This document shows positions 45,458-57,453 of a DNA stretch of 64,000 bases, in pieces (position 1 is the stretch's first letter; each line of letters starts with the position of its first letter). This DNA comes from Corallochytrium limacisporum Hawaii (lineage: Eukaryota > Protista > Pluriformea). The position numbers were made by a program, and so were the translations under genes. The notes beneath the pieces are model-generated. The model was given only the letters and a program-made list of their open reading frames with translations, had not been told where the DNA came from and searched no databases. Where the stretch lies: NCBI GenBank assembly GCA_002811645.1, contig PDIP01000053.1:48037-112036 (forward strand), read 5' to 3'.

Positions 45458-45531
45458 CTGCAGAATAAAACCCTTATGGATATATGAATTATTATCCGTC
45501 GCAGTGTATAGATGAATTACAATTAACTTAC
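45458..45531 (-). other. Probable 5'UTR intron of the cyclase gene (74 nt)
   Basis: CAA|GTAAGT donor and TTTTATTCTGCAG acceptor. Confidence 0.45.
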
Positions 45532-46692
45532 TTGATAAATAGATATTATCATTTTTCTACCCTACTCAAGATTGATCAATATGGTGTCCTACAACAGTGT
45601 ATTATATTTAACAATAACACAAAACAAAATATCCCTGCAAATTTACCCGCTTGTTTCGTACAACATATTATGTTACAAGGCGCCAAGAACGCAAAACAAT
45701 GCAACAACATTGTACGTACCGATGAACACGTAATTCCGGAGCAGAAGCCAGAGGAACCCAACGGGAGTTACACAGCCGAGCAATAGCGCCCTCTTCCCCC
45801 CCCCTTCCCCGAAGCCCCCCTGCCAGATGCTTTGCAAGCTTCTGCGAATGCAGTCGGGATTTATTCATAAATTCACTATACAAACTAGTCTACCAGCTTT
45901 GTTTGCAGGCGGCCAAAGGTGTAGTCTGCCGGCCTGTTCTTCCATTTTTTTTATTTGTCTGTTTCTGTTCAGCACCCTGGAAGGCCTCGGCTTCCATTCC
46001 ACGGTGAGCTCTCCCCCCTCCCTCACATTGAGCCCCCAGCGCAACTCCGTGCTAAGACCTATTGTATCCCGCACAACTGTAGAGAATGTCCGGGAAGTAG
46101 AGTATAATATATATGCGAAGATGCATCATACCAATATTGGTGCCTCTCAGGACTAATTGAGATACTGAGGCCGCGGCACAAGACCGAACGGGCTGGCAGG
46201 GAGAGAAAGAAATGGGACTTGAAAAGAGAGAGGGAGCAGGAAGGGAGAAAAAATGGTGGGCGCTGTCTAGCCCGCACCCCTGCAGAACCAAAAGAGGTCG
46301 ACGTCCGTGATCCTATAATGAAAGTATGGTGAACTCGACCACTACCAATTCTTGCGCGGACAAAGTGGAGGTCTCGAGCCGTCAAAAGGGAGTTGAGAGT
46401 CACACCAAGACTGGACAGCAGCACCCCGAGGCACAAAAAAATTCTTATCGAATGAAACGAGAGAGATTTTCTTTTCCACTTTTTAACTCCCCCGCTGCGA
46501 TGTCTTGCTCCTTTTTTTTTGCTGCTTGCTCTGCGTGGGCTGGCACAGCACATTCTGTTCCCCGTTTTGAATCACGGATTCTGGTCACATACCCATTTGT
46601 CTGGCAAGAAACTGTCACTTCCATTGCCCCAGAGCGAGAACGGGAGGAACGGCAGGGGGGGGGGGGGGGGGAGGGGCAACCCGGACACAGAC

Positions 46693-46720
46693 AGAGAGAG
46701 TGAGAGAGAGAGAGAGAGAG
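46693..46720. repeat. (AG)n microsatellite, imperfect
   Basis: Direct reading. Confidence 0.9.
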
Positions 46721-48585
46721 CGAGGGAGAGGCTGATGCAAGACCCGGTCCTTTAGTTAAGGATCGAAGACTTGCGGCTTGGTAAAGGAGAGAGCGGGAGC
46801 GGAGAGGTGCTGACCATAACGTGCGATTTTGTGGTTGTGATCAGCAACACAGTAAAGCACGCAAGACCTGGTGGAGAGACAAAACTGACAAGAAGGTCAA
46901 CATTGAGATCATCATGGACATGGTCATGGCCATCATGTGTTCACAACCTTTTAGTAATAACGACATCCTATCGGTGTGATCCAGTGCACAATAGGACAGG
47001 TGGAGAACACATGCGGGATCAGCAGATTATTTCCGGCAACCAAGAACTCCATCAAGGTAGTGGGAGGCACACGCTACCACGTTCCAGCATTATCATCTCA
47101 CTTTAGACCCGAACCCGTTCGAATTAGTTACGAGGTGATCTCCGAAGACAACACGAAGACAACCCTGTGATGCTGACACGCCCGAGGCGGATGCTCGATG
47201 TGTCTTTTGGTTGTTTTTTTTTCTTCTTGCTGTTGTCTTGAGTATGAGGAGGATCGTAGGAAACGCGATCCCACTCACTAGACACATCCGAGCTCATCCC
47301 GCGCACTGCCGATCAATTATGAACAAAAGGTAAGGGGGCGGTCCACCCCCAACCACCGCCACCATGGTACAGCAGCCAATGATGTCGGGCATCAGTTGCG
47401 CAGGCGAGTTCAGAGCTAGCTGAAGATAACCCGGAAGCCTACCACCGGTGGTCATGATCCGACAGGCGGGTGTCCTTACGATTCGGGGATGGCTTTTGAG
47501 CTCGCCATGCTGAATTAGCGTGCCCGTACTCGCAAGCTACCGTCCGTGACTACACCAGGAGAGCAACGAAGTGAACGGCGTCGCCATTCAGTCGGCCCAT
47601 TTGGGCGAGATGCGAAGAAGAAAGAAGTAGAATTGGTATCATTGGATTTCGTCAGGAAAACATACATCCACGCTATGCTTTACTTCGGCGATGACAACCC
47701 ACACCCACAGACACAGAGACAGAGGCACCCTGCAGCGACGATTTTTCGAACTAGTTGCGCCGAACTTGTTGGGAACTGTGGCCCAACAATTGCACGACCC
47801 CCCCATTGGGGGCCGTTCATTCGATTTTAATCAACCTCCACGTTCACGCTCTATGCTATACTAGTCATACCGTCGGGGAGTGGGTTCCATGTGCCTGCGC
47901 ATGCTTCCCTGATTGAAACAGACGGCCGGCATACATTCTCCATACATCGATGATGTACCGGACCCCAGTTTCGATTTGCTGGGAGTCTATTTATATTGCC
48001 CAATAACAAAAAGTAACATAGGCTAAAAAAAGGACAATGGGAAGGAAAACCAACCGTCCCCTCCCGGTTGTTCCGAGAGCCATGAAATATAGCCGATCCG
48101 GGCAATAAAATACCAACACAAAAAAAAAATACAAACTAAGGAGCAACACAAAAAAAAAAGGGAAGGGCCGAGATATGTCACCCGGGGCCCCCGCACCGTT
48201 CGCGTGCCACCACCACTGCCAGCCACCACGAAGGGAATCATCTCCCTTCCCTCCCTCCCCTTCCAACCGGTGGCCCCGTGTGGAGGTCGGTCGGGCCGCG
48301 CGCAGTTTCCACCTCGTTGGGACCCCAGACCGAGCGGTGAGCGCCACTTGTTTGTCCAAATGCTGGAGGACCCCCCTTGTTTTTTGTTTAGGGCTTTTTG
48401 CTTGTGTTGTGCCGTGTGCTGTTGAAGCCGTCGTTCGTGATACGGAGTTCTTGATGTTGGACATAGGTGACTGTAGATGACCTCTAAAAGCTATAAGTGA
48501 GGGACGAAGCAACTTGAACAGAGTAAGGGTTACTTCGTGTATAGATCGGGTCGGGAATGCATTGGTATACACTTTCAGACAAATC

Positions 48586-49782
48586 ATGGACTTCTTTGGG
48601 GATATGCCTGACCTGACCAGTGAGCTCACTGAGGAGGAGCTCATGGCTGTTGGTGTACACATGTCGTACATGGCACTACTCACCATGGCAACCATGATAG
48701 TATACCAAGGATCACAGTGGTCACTAGCTCCGCCCAAAGATGGGGAAGAGGCGCCTGAAACCGTGGGTGTGCAAGACGCCGTCATGTTTCCGGTGATAGC
48801 CAGTTGCGTTTTGTTTGGTCTTTACATGTTGTTCCACATCTTTGGTAAGGAATACATCAACATGCTCTTGACTTCCTACTTCTTTATCATCGGGATCGTG
48901 GCGATCGCCAATATGTTAGGTAAGATTGCTGGTGCGTTCATGGACACAAGCACATTGTCGTCCTTTGAACTTAAGATGTCCATGATAGGCCTAGACACCA
49001 AAATCAACACTGCTGAAATCTTCGGTGCCCTTATCGGCGCAGTCCTAGGTGGTCTGTTCGTGACGACTAAGCACTGGATTGTCAACAATATCTTCGGCAT
49101 TAGCTTCTCCCTAAACGGTGTTGCCATGCTGAGTCTTGGCTCTTACGGGATTGGTTGCACCATGCTTGGTGGTCTGTTCTTCTATGATGTCTTCTGGGTT
49201 TTTGGCACGGATGTGATGGTAACGGTCGCAAAGTCATTCGATGCTCCGATCAAGCTGCTGTGGCCGAAGGACATTCTCATAAATGGTCCCCTCGACGCCA
49301 AGCAGTTCGCGATGCTTGGTCTTGGTGACATTGTCTTGCCCGGCATTTTCATCGCCCTACTGCTGCGGTTCGATCGACATCGGTCCAAGGTCGCTAAGCA
49401 CGACGACGAATTCAAGCGCCCGTACTTCCACACAACAACTCTTGGTTACGTTGTTGGGTTGGCACTGACCATGGTAATTATGCACACGTTTGAGGCAGCC
49501 CAGCCAGCTCTGTTGTATCTTGTGCCAAGTTGTATTGGTTTCAGCTTCACGTGCGCCATTGTCCTGGGCGAGGTCAATCTGTTGCTTGAGTACGACGATG
49601 AGAAGAGCGCTGAGAAGTACGCTGGGAAGGGCAAGCGCGTCAAGAAGTCCTCCAAAGCCAGCAGCACACCGGAGCGGAAGACTCGCACGACCCGGGGCAA
49701 GAAGAAGGTAGACGACGAGGACGACGACTCACCTCATCGCCCCGTCACTCGCAATGCTGATGGAACGCGTCGGCGCAAATGA
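48586..49782 (+). CDS. HM13: Signal peptide peptidase (GxGD aspartyl intramembrane protease)
   Basis: GLFFYDVFWVFGT.VMVTVAKSFDAPIKL, MLGLGDIVLPG and QPALLYLVP. First ATG is at 48586. Confidence 0.95.
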   Translation: MDFFGDMPDLTSELTEEELMAVGVHMSYMALLTMATMIVYQGSQWSLAPPKDGEEAPETVGVQDAVMFPVIASCVLFGLYMLFHIFGKEYINMLLTSYFFIIGIVAIANMLGKIAGAFMDTSTLSSFELKMSMIGLDTKINTAEIFGALIGAVLGGLFVTTKHWIVNNIFGISFSLNGVAMLSLGSYGIGCTMLGGLFFYDVFWVFGTDVMVTVAKSFDAPIKLLWPKDILINGPLDAKQFAMLGLGDIVLPGIFIALLLRFDRHRSKVAKHDDEFKRPYFHTTTLGYVVGLALTMVIMHTFEAAQPALLYLVPSCIGFSFTCAIVLGEVNLLLEYDDEKSAEKYAGKGKRVKKSSKASSTPERKTRTTRGKKKVDDEDDDSPHRPVTRNADGTRRRK

Positions 49783-50476
49783 ACGTTTCAAGGGCAAGTA
49801 GATATCAAAAATGCTCCAGTTGAGCTAAACTCAACACACACCATAGATTAAGTGTCCCACATGTTTTGTTTCGGTGTATTCTTGATGCTAAGCTTTGTTT
49901 TTGGCCTTGGAGACTGTCGAAGTGGTACAGGTCTAACAGCGGGCTGGCGGGGCAGCGGTAGTTTCGAGGTCGGTTCCATCGCGGACTTTGCGGCGCATTG
50001 CGGCAGGATAGAGCTCAACAAAAGGGAAGAGACCCTGATCAAACAATTGATCACAGAGAGTGGTCTCTTGGCCAATATTTCCAAATGCTACAGTCCATAC
50101 TGGAAGTACCGGAACGGGGAAAAACCTGCCTTGAAAACACTCGCGGCCCTGGTGGGTTCCCGGGTTTTTGGCGCCCCGGGGTTGGAAGTGGGAAGGAGGG
50201 AAGGGGGGGGGGCCCTGACGGTGGTTTTTGTTTCCGGACCTTGGCTCCAGCCGAAGCCCCCCGCGGTGTGTCCGACGGCCGGAGTCTTGGTTAATGGGTC
50301 ACTTGCGGTGGTCGGATCTGAGACTGGCGTGTTGATTGTGTGGGTGTTTTTCTTGTCCACAAAGCATCTGCGGATGTCACAATTGTAAAAAGACATTTTG
50401 TGGTACTCAATTTGACATGAAAAGGCTTGTAATCAAGGTCTGTTGACCGCAAAAGGACCCACATGAAATAGCAGAC

Positions 50477-51829
50477 ATGGCGTCCATGGCATCCCGCATT
50501 CGTGCGGGTCAGTCTTCACCTAGTCCGGGAGATACCGTGGGTACCTCTCCGAGTCGTTTGGGACCGCAGGAACATGCAGCAGTGGAGCAGGCGGAGTATG
50601 AACGCGGGCGACAGGCAGATCTTGTGGCACCGGGAGAACGCAGCAAGCCGCAATTCGATCCAAACCAGGACGCAGAGCTCGATGAGATCTCAGCCCTGCG
50701 GCGGGACAACCATTTCTTGCGTGATTATGTGGGGAGACTCACCATGGAGTTGAGTCGTTATCAGTTGAAGTACCCTCCGGCAGTGACCAGCGACGAAGAA
50801 ACTGCGCGCAAACTAGCAGAAGACGACGCTACAGAGGTGCCTCCATGGCTTCTGAACAAAGACATCTTGGCACCTCTGTTTGTCAGCTATGATGACCGCA
50901 TCATGAGCCAAGATCAGTTGATTACAGAATTGGAAACAGAGTTGCAGACGGTCCTTGATCGGGCACAAAAGGTGGTGGAAGAGCGGGATCAGTTAAAGCA
51001 AGAAACGGGTTTGAACAAGGTCAAGGACCTTGAGGACATCATTTCAGTCTTGAGAGAGGAAAACAAAGCCCTCAGTATGGAAGTGGAGGCTTTGAAAGAC
51101 CCTAAGATGAACCAGAAGATCAGCATGGCAGAACACATTATGGCCATCGAAGAATATCGGGGCCTCCTGAAGAAGCTTGCAGACAAATATGACGACGACA
51201 CGAAGACATTGCGCGGTGACCTCACATCCCTTGGCCAAGCGGTCGACAGGTTGCAAAAGGAGAAGACTGTGCTAGTACAGAAGCTTGCACAGACCGTGAA
51301 GCACGCGGACAGTCTTTACGAGGACCTGAAAACCACACAGTTGGCCCACCAGCGAGTGGCTCATCAGCTGTGGCGCAGTCAAGGCGCCCGTCGACAAGCT
51401 GAGAATCGCACGAGCGAGGCTGTGACTCTTCTCCAACAGATGGCTGGCGCGGTGGAGACATCTCACCATGAGAAAATGCAGGCTCGGCAAAAGATTAGGG
51501 AGTTGGAGCGAAGTGCTGGACGCTATGACCAGGAGGTGAAGGACCTGAAGAACAAGGAGACCCAGCGGCTGGGCTTGACCCTGGAATATGTCAAGAAACA
51601 GCAGGAACGGTATGACTCGGATCTGAGTATGCTCACCCAGGAACTCAAGCGCATGCAATTGGATTCCAATATGAAGAGCGAAGAACTGAAGAGCATGTTG
51701 GACGAGCGGAAAAAGCTGGAAGGTGAGTTGGATCACCTGTATATGATTACAGACCGCGAAAGCAAGAGCTTACGGGAAACTCTTTTGCGTATGGAGACTA
51801 GTCATGACAGCGATCGACCAACTCGGTAA
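50477..51829 (+). CDS. CEP89: Centriolar distal-appendage protein CEP89 (CCDC123)-like coiled-coil protein
   Basis: VGRLTMELSRYQLKY and PPWLLNKDILAPLFVSYDDRI match remembered CEP89 motifs. The remainder is coiled coil. Confidence 0.7.
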   Translation: MASMASRIRAGQSSPSPGDTVGTSPSRLGPQEHAAVEQAEYERGRQADLVAPGERSKPQFDPNQDAELDEISALRRDNHFLRDYVGRLTMELSRYQLKYPPAVTSDEETARKLAEDDATEVPPWLLNKDILAPLFVSYDDRIMSQDQLITELETELQTVLDRAQKVVEERDQLKQETGLNKVKDLEDIISVLREENKALSMEVEALKDPKMNQKISMAEHIMAIEEYRGLLKKLADKYDDDTKTLRGDLTSLGQAVDRLQKEKTVLVQKLAQTVKHADSLYEDLKTTQLAHQRVAHQLWRSQGARRQAENRTSEAVTLLQQMAGAVETSHHEKMQARQKIRELERSAGRYDQEVKDLKNKETQRLGLTLEYVKKQQERYDSDLSMLTQELKRMQLDSNMKSEELKSMLDERKKLEGELDHLYMITDRESKSLRETLLRMETSHDSDRPTR

Positions 51830-52029
51830 TCTTCTTGAATACATAACATATCATTTAAAAACATGGTACACACAAAACATCAGATGGTGCATAGGGACGT
51901 GCTATTTGGTAGTTTTCCTTGAGACCGCTTGGTTGTTGAATATGACGATGATGTGTTGCCAGTGGCCAGATTTAGTTGGAATGAAAACCTTAACAAAGAA
52001 ATAAAAGTTATGCCACGAACAAGTGTCCT

Positions 52030-54288
52030 TTACCTCTGCTGCTGCTGGGCACGTATGGCTTCGTAGAACATGTCAATGTTAGCCTCCCAATGCTGAAGAA
52101 TTTGCTTCTTCTTCTGCAGGGCTTCCTTGCTGCGTATAATATACTCCTCAAAGGTGTACTCACTGTCGTCACGCTGGAGCTCATACAGGCCCGCACTCTC
52201 CTGTCTGGAGAGCTCGGCCTGTTCACTCAGAGCCTGTCGATGGGACATAATGAGGTCCTCAATAGCATCCTCTTGCCACTCTCCGGAGGCACTCTCCCGT
52301 CCGGGAATGGCTTGTGCAATTTTCATGGCCTCCATTGCCACCTCGTGAGCAATAGGAGAGGGCGTCATCTTGGCACCACCACCGTTGCCAGCAGCATCGG
52401 CAGCCAGCGCCTTCACGGGAGTCACCAGTGACTTCTGCGGTGATGGCTGAGTAGGGGCGGAGATCTCGGCCTTTCGGCGCGTAGCTGCACTGAGGGGTCG
52501 GACTTGGGCACTAATATCGTCATGTTCAGCAATGCGCTGGTAGGTCTGAGGGGGAGTGAACTCGTCCAGGCCGGGCGATGCAACCCGTCCAGCAACTGCA
52601 GCAGGCATACGACGCTGCTGGTGAGGCGTTTGGGGACGACTGTTGTTGTTATCTTCCAGGCTGTCGTCGGACTCGAAATCGTCCTCTCCAGAGTAGTAGT
52701 CATCGTCACCTTCCTCAGTCTGTGCGTCTTCTTCGCCTCCTTCTTCCTCCAAGAGAGCCTCCTCATCCTCCATTTGTTTACGCGCATCGTCGCCCTTGAG
52801 CTCCTTAACACGATCAGCATAACGCAGGGTGTTTAAAGTATGCTCAGTACATGACGCCCCCGGCGCCACGTTGGCAATCATGACGGTCTTTGACTTGCCA
52901 CGCAGGGAATCCTTCAGCACCTGTGTCAGTTTGGACTGACGGAAGGGAGTGTGTCTGCTCAACTGATCCAATGCACGAATACATTCCTTTAGGGCCAGAA
53001 GGCTCTGATTGATTTCCGCACCCTCTAGACGAGTCTGCTTGTCAGTGTCAGTGACATCTACAGCACGCTCACTTCCGGCCAAGTCGATGAAAGTAAACCG
53101 CCCCATGGATTTCTTGCTGCCCGGGCGACGCACATCAATCTGCAAAATGGCGTGCGAGCGGGACGAGTCGGAGTTCATTCCGGTGGATCCAGTGCTGCGA
53201 GCGCTGGTACCGTAATCAATCAAGTCCATAAGCTGCTTCACATTGGTGACCTTCTTCTCTTTCATACCCTGAATAACAACCTGTCCCTTGTGATTCTCAC
53301 GAGCGTGTACCTTCTTCCGGTCGCCCAGGAGGTCATATAAGGCACCGCAATAGATTTCGTAGAAACCAACGTTGAAGTCAACATCTCCGTAGTGACCACT
53401 TCGGGCAAGCTCAAACATGTCACGAGCTGCCAGGACATAGATACCAACCGCCTTGGCCTTTTGGTTGCCCATCATAGTGTGAGTCTTACCCGAACCGGTT
53501 TGCCCATAGGCAAAGCAAGTGCATTTTGTTCCTTCAAAGACGGATTCAATCAACGGCTTAGCCGTACGACGGTAGACTTCTTCATTAGGAGTATCGTCTT
53601 CGAAGACCTCGTCAAAGTGGAAATTGTGTTCCTGGAGATACTTGCGCATGTCCACAGTCACTTTAGGCTCATTGACACTCAGGGTCTTACGATCAATAAT
53701 ATCAAGCATATCCGTGTCACCCTTACTTGCTTCTTTACGGCTCAGTGGACGCTTCCGTACACACACACGAATATTAGGGCCCTTGCTTTGCTTCTTGACA
53801 GACTTGGTCACGCCGGCGCTTGCGTCGTTGATAGGCCCGGTAGGTACACCGTAGTTGAAGCCACCACCACTGGTCGCACCCGAGCTGCGTTTCTTCATCT
53901 TCGGGCTATCGTCGTAGTCACTGTCCACTGGCAAAGTAGGAGCGCTGTTTCGTCCTGATTTGTTCATCCGTCCGGTACTGCTACGACGGCTGATATTGTT
54001 GTCTTCGTTCAGTTCCTTCAATGGCCGTCCGGACATGGCACTCTTTGAGCGAGGCTTCTCGCCTGGGCTCGCCTTATCCTGGGTCAGACCTTGAACGCCG
54101 TCGGTCTTGAGAGTCTGAATCAATTGGAACAGGCGCTTACGATCCTGCATCTGGGTGACACCGAAAGTTCCGTAGTCCTGCATGGTCAGGTTGGTAATGT
54201 TTTGGAGGGTGATTCCTGCACCCTCAAACTGAGGAGCATAATGGTCCAGGTCATTCTGACTCAAGACCTGCCTAAGCTGAACTGCCAT
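52030..54288 (-). CDS. KIF24: SAM-domain kinesin-13 (KIF24-type)
   Basis: N-terminal SAM (L.QNDL.HY...F...G....DRKRLFQLI), IRVCVRKRPL, GQTGSGKT, SSRSH, DLAGSER, KECIRAL, and TVD in place of KVD. Confidence 0.85.
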   Translation of the reverse strand: MAVQLRQVLSQNDLDHYAPQFEGAGITLQNITNLTMQDYGTFGVTQMQDRKRLFQLIQTLKTDGVQGLTQDKASPGEKPRSKSAMSGRPLKELNEDNNISRRSSTGRMNKSGRNSAPTLPVDSDYDDSPKMKKRSSGATSGGGFNYGVPTGPINDASAGVTKSVKKQSKGPNIRVCVRKRPLSRKEASKGDTDMLDIIDRKTLSVNEPKVTVDMRKYLQEHNFHFDEVFEDDTPNEEVYRRTAKPLIESVFEGTKCTCFAYGQTGSGKTHTMMGNQKAKAVGIYVLAARDMFELARSGHYGDVDFNVGFYEIYCGALYDLLGDRKKVHARENHKGQVVIQGMKEKKVTNVKQLMDLIDYGTSARSTGSTGMNSDSSRSHAILQIDVRRPGSKKSMGRFTFIDLAGSERAVDVTDTDKQTRLEGAEINQSLLALKECIRALDQLSRHTPFRQSKLTQVLKDSLRGKSKTVMIANVAPGASCTEHTLNTLRYADRVKELKGDDARKQMEDEEALLEEEGGEEDAQTEEGDDDYYSGEDDFESDDSLEDNNNSRPQTPHQQRRMPAAVAGRVASPGLDEFTPPQTYQRIAEHDDISAQVRPLSAATRRKAEISAPTQPSPQKSLVTPVKALAADAAGNGGGAKMTPSPIAHEVAMEAMKIAQAIPGRESASGEWQEDAIEDLIMSHRQALSEQAELSRQESAGLYELQRDDSEYTFEEYIIRSKEALQKKKQILQHWEANIDMFYEAIRAQQQQR

Positions 54289-55918
54289 GCTGAATCCCCA
54301 ACTGAAACTTCTTGTCTTGTTTAAAAGTCCCGTTCAACAGCTTTGTTCGAACACAGTGATCTCATTGCCAAGAGCGTCCCCTGTCATTCTCACGTACCTT
54401 CGAAACACAAGCAGTAAAACTCTGCCAAGCCTTGACATCACTGCTTTGCAACCGAGATAGTTTCTTTCTGCTTTACTAGCGACCTACGTTGCGACGCTGG
54501 CACAGAGACCGATCCTGAACTCTTAGCACGCACTTGCTTTAAGTGCTGCTTTATCAATTTTTGGGCCAGAGACCGTCACGATTGCACCAGGCACACACAC
54601 ACACACACCGTAGCCCCCCGTTAGCCTTGGCTTTTTTTTTTGCCTGTCCGAGCGCCCTGTATTACTGTGGTCATACTTCTTTCGCCCCATTGTTTTACTT
54701 TGGGGGGGGGTCCCCCGCGGTTGAGACCCCCCTCCTCCTCCTCCTCCCCTGTCCTCCCTCCCCAGAGACAAAGCCACACTGCCAGCAAAGCGCAAACGCT
54801 CCCTCCACAGCCGAGTAGCGGAAGAGGGGGCACACACGCCCAGCAACTCCCAAATTTTTCTGTTCTCAATTTTTTTTTCTTTTTTTTTATTAAATTTGTT
54901 TCTTGCGCGCCGAAATATCCACAGTAGAAACGGCTATAGAATTTCTACCCAGCGTGCTCCCGACGTCCGCAAAATGAGACCCCTCTCCTCTCGGGGCAGT
55001 TGTCTGCGATGCTTGTCTCCTCACACACACACACCTCCCCTGAGCCCTTTGCTGGAGTGGTCTGCGCTCGCTCCCCTTTTGGCCTGGACTCTTGGCGGAC
55101 TCCGTCCGTCGTGCCAGCCGTGCTGCGCCAGCCACCCGTCCTCCGCCCGCTTTTCTGGGAGTGTCTTCTTTCTCCCCCTTTTTGCCCGTCCGGGGTTTCT
55201 GAAACTCTTGTCTTTCAGTACTGAACCAGTGCAAACGAAAATCCGTTGCGACGAGCCCCCACCGCCGCGTTTTTGGCCCCTTCACTTCTCTACCGTTTTT
55301 TTTTTGGTTCCGCTGACATCCTCAGTGAAGTAGTGCAACCATCGGCAACAAACAAAATTTCAAATCATTTCAACAAAATCAAAATATTCACCATACAAAG
55401 ATTATGGAAAGTAATTTACGCGCGCTTTTTTTTCTAACTCTGGGGGCTCCGGTCCCTCCATCGGGCCCCGGGGTCCTTGGTTCCGGACGGGCAGGGATGA
55501 GGTACCTACCCCTCCCCAGGGTTTCCCCGAGATCCCTTCACAACCACACGGCCCTCTCCACCGGCCGGGCAAGGGGCGGGGAGTGCATCTGAAAATAGGC
55601 CCCGGAGCACACCGCCACTGTCCTCCCGCTTCATCGAGGGTGCCTGTTTAACAACCAATTGAGGCCTGCGCCCGAAGAAGGGGAACAGTATAGTGAATGT
55701 ACCAGTCGGCGATGGCCGCCGTATTCATACTATAGTGTGGTTGGAGGCGGCAGACAGCCGGGTGGAATGAAAACGGGTGGACATCGATGTTGGGTGTACA
55801 CGAGTCGATGTCCGCCCTTCCTTTATTATTAGATGCCTTGTGTATGGATTCAGGTGGTGTGTAGTGTACAAAACGATGGACTTTGATCTGTACCTTCGAT
55901 GACATTTTCAATGGCAAC

Positions 55919-56671
55919 TTATCCCAGTCGGTCGTGGATGGATCCGCGGCGGTTATCCCGAGGGCGTTCATCGTCGCCGAAGCGATTGTCATCGCGGAAA
56001 CGGTCATCGCTGCCGCGCCGATATCTATCGCGGTCGTCATAGCGGTCATAGTATCCTCCACCACGCCGGTCCCGATCACGATCATCGCGGCGTTCATAGT
56101 AGTCACGGCCATCTCTTCTGTCGCCGTAATATCCCCGGTCATCATAGCGGCGACTATCTCGAGGAGATCTTGACCGGCGGTCATAGTAGCGATCCCGATC
56201 GTAGTCTCGGTCGCGTCTGTAATCGCCTTCATAGCGGTAATCACGGCGTTCGTAGTCCCTTCGATCGTAATAACGGTCATAGTCGTCGCGACCACCCCTG
56301 TAGTCTCGACGATCATTGTAGTGGGGCCGACGGTCTCCGCGCCACCGCCGGCCTCCCCTATTTCCGCCACCTCTGTTTCTGTTTACAAGGTGAGGAAGCT
56401 TTGGTGGAGGTATCGCTGAATTAGCGGGGGTTTCTTTATACAGCTCGTCATTTTCATATAATAAGAATCCGATCTGAGATGTTTCACCGACTTCTTCACG
56501 AGCTTCACCATTCGCTTGGTCCGCTTGGTCTGTCTCCTCTGGTTTATGTGCCCAGTTCGCCAGGGCATCAGGAATCTCATCCTGACCTTCTGCATGGGTG
56601 TCATTGGTGTGCTCAGATGCCTCCGGCATGGTCGCCTCTGGAGGCACCTCTGGGGGCGCAATATCTGACAT
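55919..56671 (-). CDS. RAM/RAMAC (FAM103A1)-like RNMT-activating protein with Arg/Asp/Tyr-rich tail
   Basis: YENDELYKETPANSAIPPP followed by NRGGGNRG matches the remembered RAM pattern END..Y.E-x8-PP plus an N/R-rich segment. First ATG is at 56671. Confidence 0.55.
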   Translation of the reverse strand: MSDIAPPEVPPEATMPEASEHTNDTHAEGQDEIPDALANWAHKPEETDQADQANGEAREEVGETSQIGFLLYENDELYKETPANSAIPPPKLPHLVNRNRGGGNRGGRRWRGDRRPHYNDRRDYRGGRDDYDRYYDRRDYERRDYRYEGDYRRDRDYDRDRYYDRRSRSPRDSRRYDDRGYYGDRRDGRDYYERRDDRDRDRRGGGYYDRYDDRDRYRRGSDDRFRDDNRFGDDERPRDNRRGSIHDRLG

Positions 56672-57453
56672 GCCCAATTTTTTGTTTTCTTCTTTTTTTT
56701 CCCGAACAGTGCACTTACATTGTCTTGATTTAATTACGCCACTGGAATGGGTCTCGGAGATATGTTTTGGGTCTTTTCTTTCGCAGACCTAGTTGTTTCG
56801 GTCCACTGATCTGAAGACTTTATAAATCTCCCCATAATTTTTAAACCTGGCAAGAATGGTTTCTTCAATTTGCAAATAATCTAGGGAATGAACGCGCCGT
56901 CAATCATTGGACGTCTATTCTATGCCGCCCGTCCATGCGCAGAATGCGAGATTGAGAATCATTCTTCGGTGTTATGGGGAAGGGCACAAACAGACTCCCG
57001 GTATATACTTTGGCCGACGGTCGGGGCGCTTCCCGCATGCGAACGGATAGCGCTTTCCTCTCCGCCCGTCAGTGACTTTTCAGTTGGGCCCGGACTCATA
57101 GCAAATGTACTGAGGGCGCACAAAGTACGGGAACGAAGGGCAAACTCGGGGAAGGAGTAGGAAGGTGTTGGGTAACCCTCCACAAGAAGGCAAGGCTGTG
57201 TATGGGGTATGAAAGTCAGGGAAATTTCGATGAAGGCAAAACAGCCGGATCTCCCATCCGCATATGGGAGTCTATTTTCTACCCAGGCGCGAAGGGTTTG
57301 AAAGGGGGAGAAGGACGGTCTCAATCCCAAACCCGGGTCTCATTCACAGAACCTGTGGCGGCTAGTTCAAGCATCAGGGCCCAAAATGCGTCGAAAGTGG
57401 GCAAACTCACGCATCACATAAGAATAGATGTAAATTATGAAATACTGGAGACA

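Noticed and set aside
55648-56370. 240-aa alternative-frame ORF overlapping the RAM-like gene
   Set aside because: A by-product of the repetitive R/D/Y codons.
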